From positions 1-45,724 of the forward strand of contig JBNMIN010000001.1 of the NCBI GenBank assembly GCA_050873305.1: DNA of 45,724 nt, written 5' to 3'. The stretch comes from Oscillospiraceae bacterium (lineage in GTDB: Bacteria; Bacillota; Clostridia; Oscillospirales; Acutalibacteraceae). Shown in pieces: positions 27,522 to 35,659 of this stretch; the stretch's first letter is position 1; each line of letters begins with the position of its first letter. Under the pieces are notes generated by a model. It saw only the letters and a program-made list of their open reading frames with translations. It had not been told where the DNA came from and did no database searches. A program made the translations under genes and the position numbers.

Positions 27522-28307
27522 ATGGACTATTCTTCGATGAGTCCGCACGATGTAAGACAGCTTATAAGAGAGGGCAAAATAACCTGCAACACCTCGGGCA
27601 TGTGTGCGGGCTATGCCCAGGCGAACCTCTGCGTTCTGCCAAAGGACCTCGCTTATGACTTCCTGCTTTTTGCCCAGCGCAACCCGCGCCCGTGCCCGAT
27701 ACTCGAAGTCAGCGATGTCGGCTCGCGCTTTTTGAAAAAAATAGCCTCCGGCGCGGATATCGCAAACGATATCCCGAAATACAGGGTCTATGAAAACGGC
27801 GTTATGACCGGCGAATATACGAGCGTCGAGCATCTTTGGCGCGATGATTTTGTGAGCTTTCTTATCGGATGCAGCTTCTCCTTCGAGTCGGAACTGATAG
27901 CCGCAAACGTGCCGATAAGGCATATTGAAGAGGGCAGGAATGTTCCGATGTATCTTACAAATATCGAGTGCGAGCCCGCCGGAATTTTCCACGGAAAAAT
28001 GGTCGTCAGCATGCGCCCGCTGCCCTATGACAAGATAGTCACTGCCGTCGCGGCGACCGCCGCCATGCCGAAAGTCCACGGCGCTCCGATTCATATCGGC
28101 GACCCGTCCGTTATCGGTATCAAAGATATTTCAAAGCCCGATTTCGGCGATGCGGTTACTATAAATCCCGGCGAAGTGCCTGTATTCTGGCCGTGCGGCG
28201 TCACTCCGCAGTCGGCTCTGATGAGCACGAAGCCGCCTATAGCGATAACTCATTCGCCCGGGCATATGCTCATAACCGATGTCAAAAATGTCGAGCTTAA
28301 ATATTGA
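27522..28307 (+). CDS. ycsI: DUF1445 / YcsI putative hydro-lyase (D-glutamate cyclase N-terminal domain family)
   Basis: [73 protein letters not shown]. Confidence 0.88.
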   Translation: MDYSSMSPHDVRQLIREGKITCNTSGMCAGYAQANLCVLPKDLAYDFLLFAQRNPRPCPILEVSDVGSRFLKKIASGADIANDIPKYRVYENGVMTGEYTSVEHLWRDDFVSFLIGCSFSFESELIAANVPIRHIEEGRNVPMYLTNIECEPAGIFHGKMVVSMRPLPYDKIVTAVAATAAMPKVHGAPIHIGDPSVIGIKDISKPDFGDAVTINPGEVPVFWPCGVTPQSALMSTKPPIAITHSPGHMLITDVKNVELKY

Positions 28308-28321
28308 CAGGGGGCACAGAT

Positions 28322-29089
28322 ATGCATAAAATAGATCTTAACTGCGATCTCGGCGAGAGCTTCGGCAACTATAAGCTGGGGCTCGACGATGAGGTCATAA
28401 AATATATTTCGTCCGCCAATATAGCCTGCGGTTTCCATGCGTCCGATCCGCTCGTGATGCAGAAGACCGTCGCCCTCGCGCGCGATAACGGCGTTGCGGT
28501 CGGTGCACATCCGGGCTTTCCCGATCTTGTCGGCTTCGGCAGAAGAAATATGAACGTTTCGCCCGCCGAGGCAAAGGCGTTCGTCCAGTACCAGATAGGC
28601 GCGCTCTCCGCGTTCTGCAAGGCTGCCGGCTGCCGCCTTGCTCATGTCAAGCCACACGGCGCACTCTATAATATGGCAGGCAAGGACGAGACTCTTGCCG
28701 CTGCCATTTGCGAGGCCGTCTATGAAATCGACCCCGAGCTCATTCTCCTCTGCCTCTCGGGCAGCAAGATGATGAGCGAGGCGAAGAAAATCGGACTCAG
28801 AGCCGCGAGCGAGGTCTTTGCCGACAGAGCCTATGAGGATGACGGCTCTCTTGTCGCAAGAGGTAAGCCGGGCGCAGTCATAACCGATGAAGATGAGGCG
28901 GTCAGCCGCGTTATCGGTATGGTCAAAAACGGCACGGTCGAGTCGATAAACGGCAAAATAATCGAATTGAAGCCCGATTCGATATGCCTTCACGGCGACG
29001 GAGTCAAAGCGGTCGAATTCGCAAAGCGTATAAAAGCTGAACTCAACGCAAATGGTATTGAGACCGCCCCGCTTGCCCAAATAATCTGA
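28322..29089 (+). CDS. pxpA: 5-oxoprolinase subunit A (LamB/YcsF)
   Basis: [61 protein letters not shown]. Confidence 0.95.
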   Translation: MHKIDLNCDLGESFGNYKLGLDDEVIKYISSANIACGFHASDPLVMQKTVALARDNGVAVGAHPGFPDLVGFGRRNMNVSPAEAKAFVQYQIGALSAFCKAAGCRLAHVKPHGALYNMAGKDETLAAAICEAVYEIDPELILLCLSGSKMMSEAKKIGLRAASEVFADRAYEDDGSLVARGKPGAVITDEDEAVSRVIGMVKNGTVESINGKIIELKPDSICLHGDGVKAVEFAKRIKAELNANGIETAPLAQII

Positions 29090-29106
29090 CAAAGGAAGCG
29101 ATAACG

Positions 29107-30273
29107 ATGCAGTATCATCGTATATATGCAAGGATAGATATAGACGCGATTCTCCACAATCTCGGCGAGTGCAAACGCCGCATACCCGAGGGGACGAAAG
29201 TCCTCGCGGTCATAAAAGCGGACGGCTACGGCCACGGCGCGGTCGAGCTTGCGCATCAGCTTGAGAGCGAGGTCGATTATTTCGGCGTCGCCGTCATAGA
29301 AGAGGCAGTCGAGCTTCGCCGCGCGGGCATAAAAAAGCCGATTCTCATTCTCGGCTATACTTCGCCCTCGCAGGACGATCTGCTGATAAACTATGATATA
29401 ACGCAGAATATCTATACTTATGATATGGCAAAGCGCCTGTCGGATAGGGCGGTCGCCCTCGGCAAGAAAGTGAAGTTCCATATCGGACTCGATACGGGTA
29501 TGTCGCGCGTCGGATTTCAGGACAATGACGAGAGCGTCGAGCAGATAAAGAAGATAGTCAAGCTCCCGAATCTCGTTCTCGAGGGCATTTTCAGCCACTA
29601 CGCCCGCGCCGATGAGCTTGTAAAAACAACGGCACTTCTCCAGTCGGAGCGCTTCGATTTGTTTATAGATAAGCTCGAAAAGGCTGGTATAAATATACCG
29701 ATAAAGCATCTGAGCAACTCGGCGGCAGTCGAAGAGCTCGAAAAGCACTATGATATGGTGCGCTTCGGAATCTCGCTCTACGGACTCTATCCCTCGGAAG
29801 AGGTCGATAAATCGAGCGTTGATCTCATTCCAGCAATGGAGCTTCGCACAAAGATAGTCAATCTCAAAACCGTCCCTGCCGGCTGCGGAGTCAGCTATGG
29901 GCACACTTTTGTTACTCACAGGGAGACGCGCATCGCGACTATCCCCGTGGGCTATGCCGACGGTTATCCGCGCGCCCTCTCTTCAAAGGGCAGGGTGATA
30001 GTCAACGGTCAGTTCGCGCCGATAATCGGCAGAGTGTGCATGGATCAGTTCATGATAGATGTGACCGATATCGAGGGCGAGCTGAATATCGAGGACGAGG
30101 TTATTCTCATGGGCAGCGACAACGGCTGCACGATAAGCGCAGAGGAGATAGGCGATATGTCGGCGAGCTTCAACTATGAGTTCGTCTGCGGCGTTGCCCG
30201 CCGTGTCCCGCGAATTTATTTCAAAGACGGCAAACCCTATAAAGAAGTATCTTATATTATGGACAGGGAATAA
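29107..30273 (+). CDS. alr: Alanine racemase
   Basis: AVIKADGYGHG (PLP Lys), DTGMSRVG, GIFSHY, SNSAA, VSYG (catalytic Tyr), GYADGY, GRVCMDQ. Confidence 0.93.
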   Translation: MQYHRIYARIDIDAILHNLGECKRRIPEGTKVLAVIKADGYGHGAVELAHQLESEVDYFGVAVIEEAVELRRAGIKKPILILGYTSPSQDDLLINYDITQNIYTYDMAKRLSDRAVALGKKVKFHIGLDTGMSRVGFQDNDESVEQIKKIVKLPNLVLEGIFSHYARADELVKTTALLQSERFDLFIDKLEKAGINIPIKHLSNSAAVEELEKHYDMVRFGISLYGLYPSEEVDKSSVDLIPAMELRTKIVNLKTVPAGCGVSYGHTFVTHRETRIATIPVGYADGYPRALSSKGRVIVNGQFAPIIGRVCMDQFMIDVTDIEGELNIEDEVILMGSDNGCTISAEEIGDMSASFNYEFVCGVARRVPRIYFKDGKPYKEVSYIMDRE

Positions 30274-30277
30274 ACTG

Positions 30278-30329
30278 TTGACAAACATTCCCCCAAGCGG
30301 TTATAATTAAAACGATAAAAATTTATCGT
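30278..30329 (+). promoter_or_regulatory. Consensus sigma-A promoter with downstream palindromic operator
   Basis: TTGACA (30278-30283)-18 bp-TATAAT (30302-30307); ACGATAAA-aa-TTTATCGT perfect inverted repeat at 30312-30329. Confidence 0.75.
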
Positions 30330-30346
30330 AAGCAAGGAGTGTAACA

Positions 30347-31249
30347 ATGTCAAAAGTAGAAAAAACGGCGAGCTTCAAGTCTTATGCCGCGATGTGGATC
30401 GCCATCATTGCCGCCTATGCGGTGTGGATGATAGCGTTTATGCGCAAGATAGTGCTCGTCAACTACGCAACGGTAGAGGAACGTACCGTCGACGGCATCA
30501 CCCATGCCAACATCAGCGGTATGATGGGTCACGAGTGGCTCTATCCCATCTGGGTCGCAGTCTCCTGCATATGCCTTGCAATGTTCATCGTCTACATAAG
30601 AGTCCTGCTCTATGGTAAGGAGCCCGGCAAGGCGCTGAAAATATTCTGCCTCTTCGGCGTTATCTTCGGCTGCGTCTATGTCACATGGTACGGCTTCTTC
30701 GGCGATCAGCCTTTCATCGAAAAGGTGAAGTTCATTACCGCGAGCATGATAGGTCTCGACTTCCCGTGGCATTTCAGAGGCTGGGGCGTTATCGCTTCGG
30801 CGACCGTGTTCAGCAACACGCTCTATGCCTATCGCAAGTTCGGCTATCACAGCCGCGTCGGCGTTATCCTCGGCTCGATTGGCAGCGCCGCAATTTATGT
30901 CACTATCAACTGCCCGTCGATGGGTGAGGAGATGCATCTTGATTCCGCGCGCTGCATGGCGCATTGGACGGGCGCGCTCCTGTTCGCGTTCTGCTGCGCC
31001 GCTCCCATGGTTCTCCTGCTTATAAATAAAGCGAGAGAGCTCAAGGGACGCTTCCTGGTTGGTCTTATAGTTTTCTGCGCGATACTTCTCACAATGCTCG
31101 TTCTCCTGCTGACTGTCGGCAAGAGCGCGATTATTGAGAATATCCCGATGCAGGCGGCATATGTCCTGCTCTTCTTGCTCAACTTCACCAACATCTTCCC
31201 CGTGAAGAAAGCCGAAAAAGCTCCGGCAAAAGAGGCGGCGACCGTCTGA
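30347..31249 (+). CDS. Uncharacterised multi-pass membrane protein
   Basis: About 8 hydrophobic segments, AAGGAG RBS, own promoter; no family recognised. Confidence 0.75.
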   Translation: MSKVEKTASFKSYAAMWIAIIAAYAVWMIAFMRKIVLVNYATVEERTVDGITHANISGMMGHEWLYPIWVAVSCICLAMFIVYIRVLLYGKEPGKALKIFCLFGVIFGCVYVTWYGFFGDQPFIEKVKFITASMIGLDFPWHFRGWGVIASATVFSNTLYAYRKFGYHSRVGVILGSIGSAAIYVTINCPSMGEEMHLDSARCMAHWTGALLFAFCCAAPMVLLLINKARELKGRFLVGLIVFCAILLTMLVLLLTVGKSAIIENIPMQAAYVLLFLLNFTNIFPVKKAEKAPAKEAATV

Positions 31250-31539
31250 TGAAAGAGAGCAAAAACAAGAAAACATTTGACGGCAAAAGCGGAGGCAGCG
31301 TCGGCATAGGCCTTGCGCTGGGCCTTGCAATCGGGCTTATGATGGGTGTGGCGACGGATAATATCCCCATGTGGATGTGTCTCGGCATCAGCATCGGACT
31401 CTGCTGCGGAACTGCATTCGGTGTCTCGGGAAAGGGCAAGCCGAATCCCGACAATCCCGATGACGAAGCCTCAAAGCCGATTGACCCCGACGATCCCGAC
31501 GACGAGGATCTCAACGAGGACACCGACAAATATAACTAA
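31249..31539 (+). CDS. Small membrane protein with glycine-zipper helices and acidic Pro/Asp tail
   Basis: Coupled by TGATG; two GxxxG-rich TM helices (GIGLALGLAIG, LGISIGLCCG); NPDNPDDE/DPDDPDDE tail. Confidence 0.7.
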   Translation: MKESKNKKTFDGKSGGSVGIGLALGLAIGLMMGVATDNIPMWMCLGISIGLCCGTAFGVSGKGKPNPDNPDDEASKPIDPDDPDDEDLNEDTDKYN

Positions 31540-31546
31540 ACAAAAT

Positions 31547-31584
31547 AAAAATACCGCTGAAGTTTTATCTTCAGCGGTATTTTT
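31547..31584. terminator. Bidirectional terminator
   Basis: AAAAATACCGCTGAAG/CTTCAGCGGTATTTTT perfect 16-bp inverted repeat between convergent genes. Confidence 0.88.
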
Positions 31585-31592
31585 GCGTCTTA

Positions 31593-33797
31593 TCAGTTCT
31601 TGTCTATCGTCTGCAGGAATCCGCCCGCGAGCGAGAGCATCTTCTCGTCAACGCCGAGCTTTCCGGCAAGCTTGATCATCGTCTTGACCTTCACCGGGTA
31701 GATGGGCTTGAGCAGGGGACTTGAAACAGCCTTTGCCGCAAAGTCTCCGGCGGCGTTCTTGATTATCTTGTTGACCTCGCCGTTGCTGAGCACTTCGCCC
31801 ATGCTGTCCTCGACCGAGAGCTTGTTCGGGTCGCCCTCGCCGTCCGCCGCAACGAACCAGTTGCGCACGAATGAGGAGTATTGTGCAGGCATCTTGTATT
31901 CGTCCGTGGCTTCTTCGATGCCGTTTACCGTTATCGTGTGCGACGGGCGAACCTTGCCGCCGCGTGCTTTGATAACATTTTCGCCGAGCTTCAGCTCAAC
32001 ATCGTCAAAGACGAACACTCTGTCCGCTTTCTTCGTGTAGGTATTGCCGTTTACTTCGAGCGTTATCTCCGGGCAGTTGGAGTAGACTTTTATCGTGCTC
32101 TTTCCGGCGGGTCTGTTGACATATCTTTCGCCGGTGATGTGAACGAACTTCTTGTCGCTCCAGTATGCCTTGTAGAGCCAGAACGCGTCTTTCTTCGTCT
32201 TGCGGTCGAATGTCACAAGACCCTTGTTGTTCCTGCCTCTGACGCCGCCCTCGTTTCTCGATGCGGAGCCGAAGTCGAACATGTTCCAGACATATGAGCC
32301 CCAGAGCCAGTCGCGCTCATTTATCGATTTGATATAGTGCTCGTGGTAGATAGCCTGATAGTCCTCGCTGTAGTCGCCCTGAACAGGGGAGTCGGAGTGG
32401 TATTTAGTGATGCCCTCCGCGCCGTATTCCGAAAGGCAGAGCTTGCCCTCGGGGTTCTCTCTGTGCCACTCGTCGAGCCAGTTATTTATCTCATCGCACG
32501 AGCCCATGTACCAGCCGTAGTAGTGGTTGTATCCGATGATATCGGTGATATGGTTGAGCGGTGAGTTCACCGGGCACATGGTCAGCTGGGCGCAGGTCGT
32601 GTATCTTGTCGGGTCAAGGTGTCTTGCGACCTTGTGCATATGCTTGAGGAATGTTATAAGCTTCTTGTTTGCGCTTCCGGCTATTGTGATTTCGTTCTCG
32701 ATGCCCCAGCAGAATATCGACGGGTGGTTGTAGTTCTGCTTGATGAGCTCAACGAGCTGCTGCTCCGCGTTTTCGTTGCGCTTGGGGCTGAAGCGGGAGA
32801 TAACCGGCACTTCCGCCCAGACGAGCAGTCCGCTCTCATCGCAGAGATCATAGAAATAGCTGTTCTGCTGATAGTGGGCGAGGCGCACCGAGTTCGCGCC
32901 GACATCGAGGATTATCTTGATGTCCTCCGCGTGCTGCTTCTCGGTTATGGCGTTGCCCATGTTCTCTCTGTCCTGGTGGCGGGAGACGCCCTGGAGCTTG
33001 ATGTGCTCGCCGTTTAAGAAGAAGCCCTTGTGGCTGTCGATATGATATTCTCTGAGTCCCGTTCTGATGTCGATGTTGTCCGTGACCTCTTGCGTTGTGC
33101 TGTCAAAAATTTCGCATCTGACGGTGTAGAGATACGGATTCTTTCTGCCGTTCCAGAGCACCGGGTCTTCAACGGGCAGCTTCGCGCTGATTATCGGGCG
33201 AAGATCCGCTATTGTCGAAGCCTTCTCGTTGCCGTCGGCGTCGATGAGCGTGAAGCGAGCCTTGTGCGAGCAGTCGGCGTTGTCGATAAGCGCCTTTATG
33301 CTCAGCTCCCAGCCGTCCTCGCCGACGCGGCGCGGGGTGATGTATATTCCGTCCGAGCCGTAATCGTTCATGGTGAATCTGCAGTCCGGAACTTCGATAA
33401 GATTGACATCGCGATAAACGCCGCCGTAGAATGTGAAGTCCGCCATCGTCGGGTAGACGGACTCGTCCGGCGAGTTGTCGGCGGTTATGTCAACGCGGCA
33501 GCCGTATCTGATATAGTCGGAGATATCGACTCTGAATGCGGAATATCCGCCCTCGTGGACTGCGACAAGCTCGTTATTGACTCTGACTTCCGCCTTTGAG
33601 TTGACTCCTCGGCATTCGAGGAAAGTTTTCTTGTCCGATTTCGGCAGCTCTTTGGAATATGTCGCCTTTGTGCGAAGATATCCGTTCGTGCCGTCCTGAC
33701 CGTCAAAGGCGTTCCAGGTGTGCGGCAGATTGACGGTCTCGGTCTTTCCGTCGAGCGTGAAGAGCCAGCCGTCGTTTATCCTTATAACATTTCTCAT
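31593..33797 (-). CDS. Glycoside hydrolase family 2, probable beta-glucuronidase (no signal peptide)
   Basis: LPHTWN, ADFTFYGGVYR, GVSRHQD, RLAHYQ, NHPSIFCWGIENE (acid/base), NHYYGWY, LSEYG (nucleophile), NNKG (NxKG motif). Confidence 0.85.
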   Translation of the reverse strand: MRNVIRINDGWLFTLDGKTETVNLPHTWNAFDGQDGTNGYLRTKATYSKELPKSDKKTFLECRGVNSKAEVRVNNELVAVHEGGYSAFRVDISDYIRYGCRVDITADNSPDESVYPTMADFTFYGGVYRDVNLIEVPDCRFTMNDYGSDGIYITPRRVGEDGWELSIKALIDNADCSHKARFTLIDADGNEKASTIADLRPIISAKLPVEDPVLWNGRKNPYLYTVRCEIFDSTTQEVTDNIDIRTGLREYHIDSHKGFFLNGEHIKLQGVSRHQDRENMGNAITEKQHAEDIKIILDVGANSVRLAHYQQNSYFYDLCDESGLLVWAEVPVISRFSPKRNENAEQQLVELIKQNYNHPSIFCWGIENEITIAGSANKKLITFLKHMHKVARHLDPTRYTTCAQLTMCPVNSPLNHITDIIGYNHYYGWYMGSCDEINNWLDEWHRENPEGKLCLSEYGAEGITKYHSDSPVQGDYSEDYQAIYHEHYIKSINERDWLWGSYVWNMFDFGSASRNEGGVRGRNNKGLVTFDRKTKKDAFWLYKAYWSDKKFVHITGERYVNRPAGKSTIKVYSNCPEITLEVNGNTYTKKADRVFVFDDVELKLGENVIKARGGKVRPSHTITVNGIEEATDEYKMPAQYSSFVRNWFVAADGEGDPNKLSVEDSMGEVLSNGEVNKIIKNAAGDFAAKAVSSPLLKPIYPVKVKTMIKLAGKLGVDEKMLSLAGGFLQTIDKN

Positions 33798-33834
33798 TTT
33801 ATGACCTCCCGTAAGATGATCTTATTATATACTG

Positions 33835-33863
33835 ATATTAACAGAATACACATCGAAAGTCAA
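33835..33863 (-). promoter_or_regulatory. sigma-A promoter for the GH2 gene
   Basis: Minus strand TTGACT-17 bp-TAATAT with TG extension; GGGAGG RBS before ATG 33797. Confidence 0.55.
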
Positions 33864-33934
33864 TTGATCGACCTTTCACAGGCTATATAATACACCCAAT
33901 ATTTTAAACTTGTGTGAACGAATCATCACTTTGC

Positions 33935-33963
33935 TTGAATATTTTTTGAAAATCTGTTATTCT
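33935..33963 (+). promoter_or_regulatory. sigma-A promoter for trxA
   Basis: TTGAAT-17 bp-TATTCT with TG extension. Confidence 0.55.
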
Positions 33964-34014
33964 AAATAATGCCGGAGGATATCCGGCGAAGTGAAGAGAA
34001 AGGAAGAATACGAA

Positions 34015-34326
34015 ATGTCAGTTATAACTGTTACAAAAGATAATTTTGATAAAGAAGTGCTTCAAAGCGATAAGCCAGTCCTGCTCGATTTTTGGGCGTC
34101 GTGGTGCGGCCCGTGCCGTATGGTCTCGCCGATAGTTGACGAGATAGCCGCCGAGAATCCCGACAAAAAAGTCGGCAAGGTCAATGTCGATGAGGAGCCG
34201 GAGCTCGCGTCAAAGTTCGATGTTATGAGTATACCCACTCTGCTCGTGTTTGAGGACGGCGAGCTGGTCAACCGCGCCGTCGGAGCGCGCCCGAAAGAGA
34301 TGATACTCGATTTGTTCGAGGAGTAA
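34015..34326 (+). CDS. trxA: Thioredoxin
   Basis: DFWASWCGPC active site, KVNVDE, MSIPTL. Confidence 0.95.
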   Translation: MSVITVTKDNFDKEVLQSDKPVLLDFWASWCGPCRMVSPIVDEIAAENPDKKVGKVNVDEEPELASKFDVMSIPTLLVFEDGELVNRAVGARPKEMILDLFEE

Positions 34327-34329
34327 TTT

Positions 34330-34360
34330 AAAGTACCGCAGGCTCTCTGCGGTATTTTTT
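34330..34360 (+). terminator. Rho-independent terminator
   Basis: TACCGCAG-gctct-CTGCGGTA followed by TTTTTT. Confidence 0.82.
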
Positions 34361-34410
34361 GTTTGCTGATATAACTTTGCGGATGTAACACTGATGAGAG
34401 GAGATGCAGT

Positions 34411-35208
34411 ATGAAAAGCTCGGTCAAACGCATTATCTGTATAGGCGTTGTTGCTGTTGTCGGCGTGTGCGCGGCGCTCTTGGCGCACTTTTTCCCCGGA
34501 AACAGCGCGGACGGCTCTGCGGATATAATCAGAGCCTCCGTCGACGAAAACGGCATGGCTTCCTTCGGCTGCAAGTCGGATAACGACTATGCGGGTCTTG
34601 TGCTCAACAGAAAGGATAAAACCTTCAATTTCATGCAGTCGTATCGGTTCTCCGCCGCTCTGAGCGGCACTTACGAAGAGGATGACGATTATCTGATACT
34701 TACCGCGAAAAGCTCCGACTCGCAGAGCAAATTTACATTCAAAAAACAAAAAGACGGTCTCGAATTTCTCGCCAAAAAGTCCGACCCCGTGCGGGAGTTC
34801 TGCTATTCGGCGGATTCCGAAAAGGCTGATAAGTGCTTAAAAAACAAAGCTCTTTTCACGCCCGAGTCCATCCGCACCGATGTTATAACTTATATCGGCA
34901 AGAACGAGCACGACGGTCAAAAAGACTATGTCGAACTCGTCCTGTCGCCCGCAGACGGCAGCTATTCCATGTACAGGAGCGGCATGAGTGACTGCTCGAC
35001 CGGCACTTACGAAGAAAAGGACAACCGACTTGTTCTCAGCGACGACAACGGCAGGGATAAATATTATTTTGAAATCAGCGGCAATGAAATTGCCCTCGAT
35101 TCTGAAAAGTCGGCGAAAAGGTCTTATATTTATTCCGACGCCGTGCTCGAAAAGCTCGCGGGAGGGCAGCATCCGTCCGATGTCCTTGAAAGCTATTTCA
35201 AAAGCTGA
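34411..35208 (+). CDS. Secreted/membrane-anchored hypothetical protein with two repeated beta-rich domains
   Basis: N-terminal basic + hydrophobic anchor; duplicated LVL...GTYEE.D..L.L motif; GAGGAG RBS. Confidence 0.75.
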   Translation: MKSSVKRIICIGVVAVVGVCAALLAHFFPGNSADGSADIIRASVDENGMASFGCKSDNDYAGLVLNRKDKTFNFMQSYRFSAALSGTYEEDDDYLILTAKSSDSQSKFTFKKQKDGLEFLAKKSDPVREFCYSADSEKADKCLKNKALFTPESIRTDVITYIGKNEHDGQKDYVELVLSPADGSYSMYRSGMSDCSTGTYEEKDNRLVLSDDNGRDKYYFEISGNEIALDSEKSAKRSYIYSDAVLEKLAGGQHPSDVLESYFKS

Positions 35209-35238
35209 CAGCATTATAATAAAAAACATACGCAAAAA

Positions 35239-35271
35239 AGCATCCGCAGAAATTTTCGTTCTGCGGATGCT
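35239..35271. terminator. Terminator between convergent genes (mainly minus strand)
   Basis: AGCATCCGCAGAA/TTCTGCGGATGCT inverted repeat preceded by an A-tract. Confidence 0.8.
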
Positions 35272-35291
35272 CGATTTATTTTTTATGCCTT

Positions 35292-35657
35292 TTACGCCTC
35301 GGGGCAGATGTTCGTCGCAACGATATCAACGCCGGTGCCGAGTATGTTCGCGCAGACAACATCGCCGATCTTGACCGGAGCCTTGATCTCAAGCTTTGCT
35401 ATCTCCTTGACGCAGTCCTTGACCTTGTCCTTCGGAACAGCCTTTGCGGACTTTACGGGAACAACGGGGTGAACGCCGCCGCTGACCTTGACAGTCGTTG
35501 TCAGGCTTCTCTCGGGGTGGGTGCACTCGGTTCTCGCATAGGCGTCGCCGCGCTTGCAGGTGTTGCCGGTAACGCTGAGGATCTCTCCGTCGTCGTTGAG
35601 CTCAACGGAGATCTGGCAGCCCATGGGGCAGGCGACACAAATAATATCTTTTACCAT
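35292..35657 (-). CDS. DUF1667 CxxCxxxC metal-binding protein
   Basis: ICVACPMGC, GNTCKRG..YA, P.R.LTTTV, APVKIGD, ILGTGVDIVAT. Confidence 0.88.
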   Translation of the reverse strand: MVKDIICVACPMGCQISVELNDDGEILSVTGNTCKRGDAYARTECTHPERSLTTTVKVSGGVHPVVPVKSAKAVPKDKVKDCVKEIAKLEIKAPVKIGDVVCANILGTGVDIVATNICPEA

Positions 35658-35659
35658 GA

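Noticed and set aside
33911-33930. TGTGA...TCACT resembling a CRP/FNR site between GH2 and trxA
   Set aside because: Spacing is 8 rather than 6 and the second half-site is imperfect.
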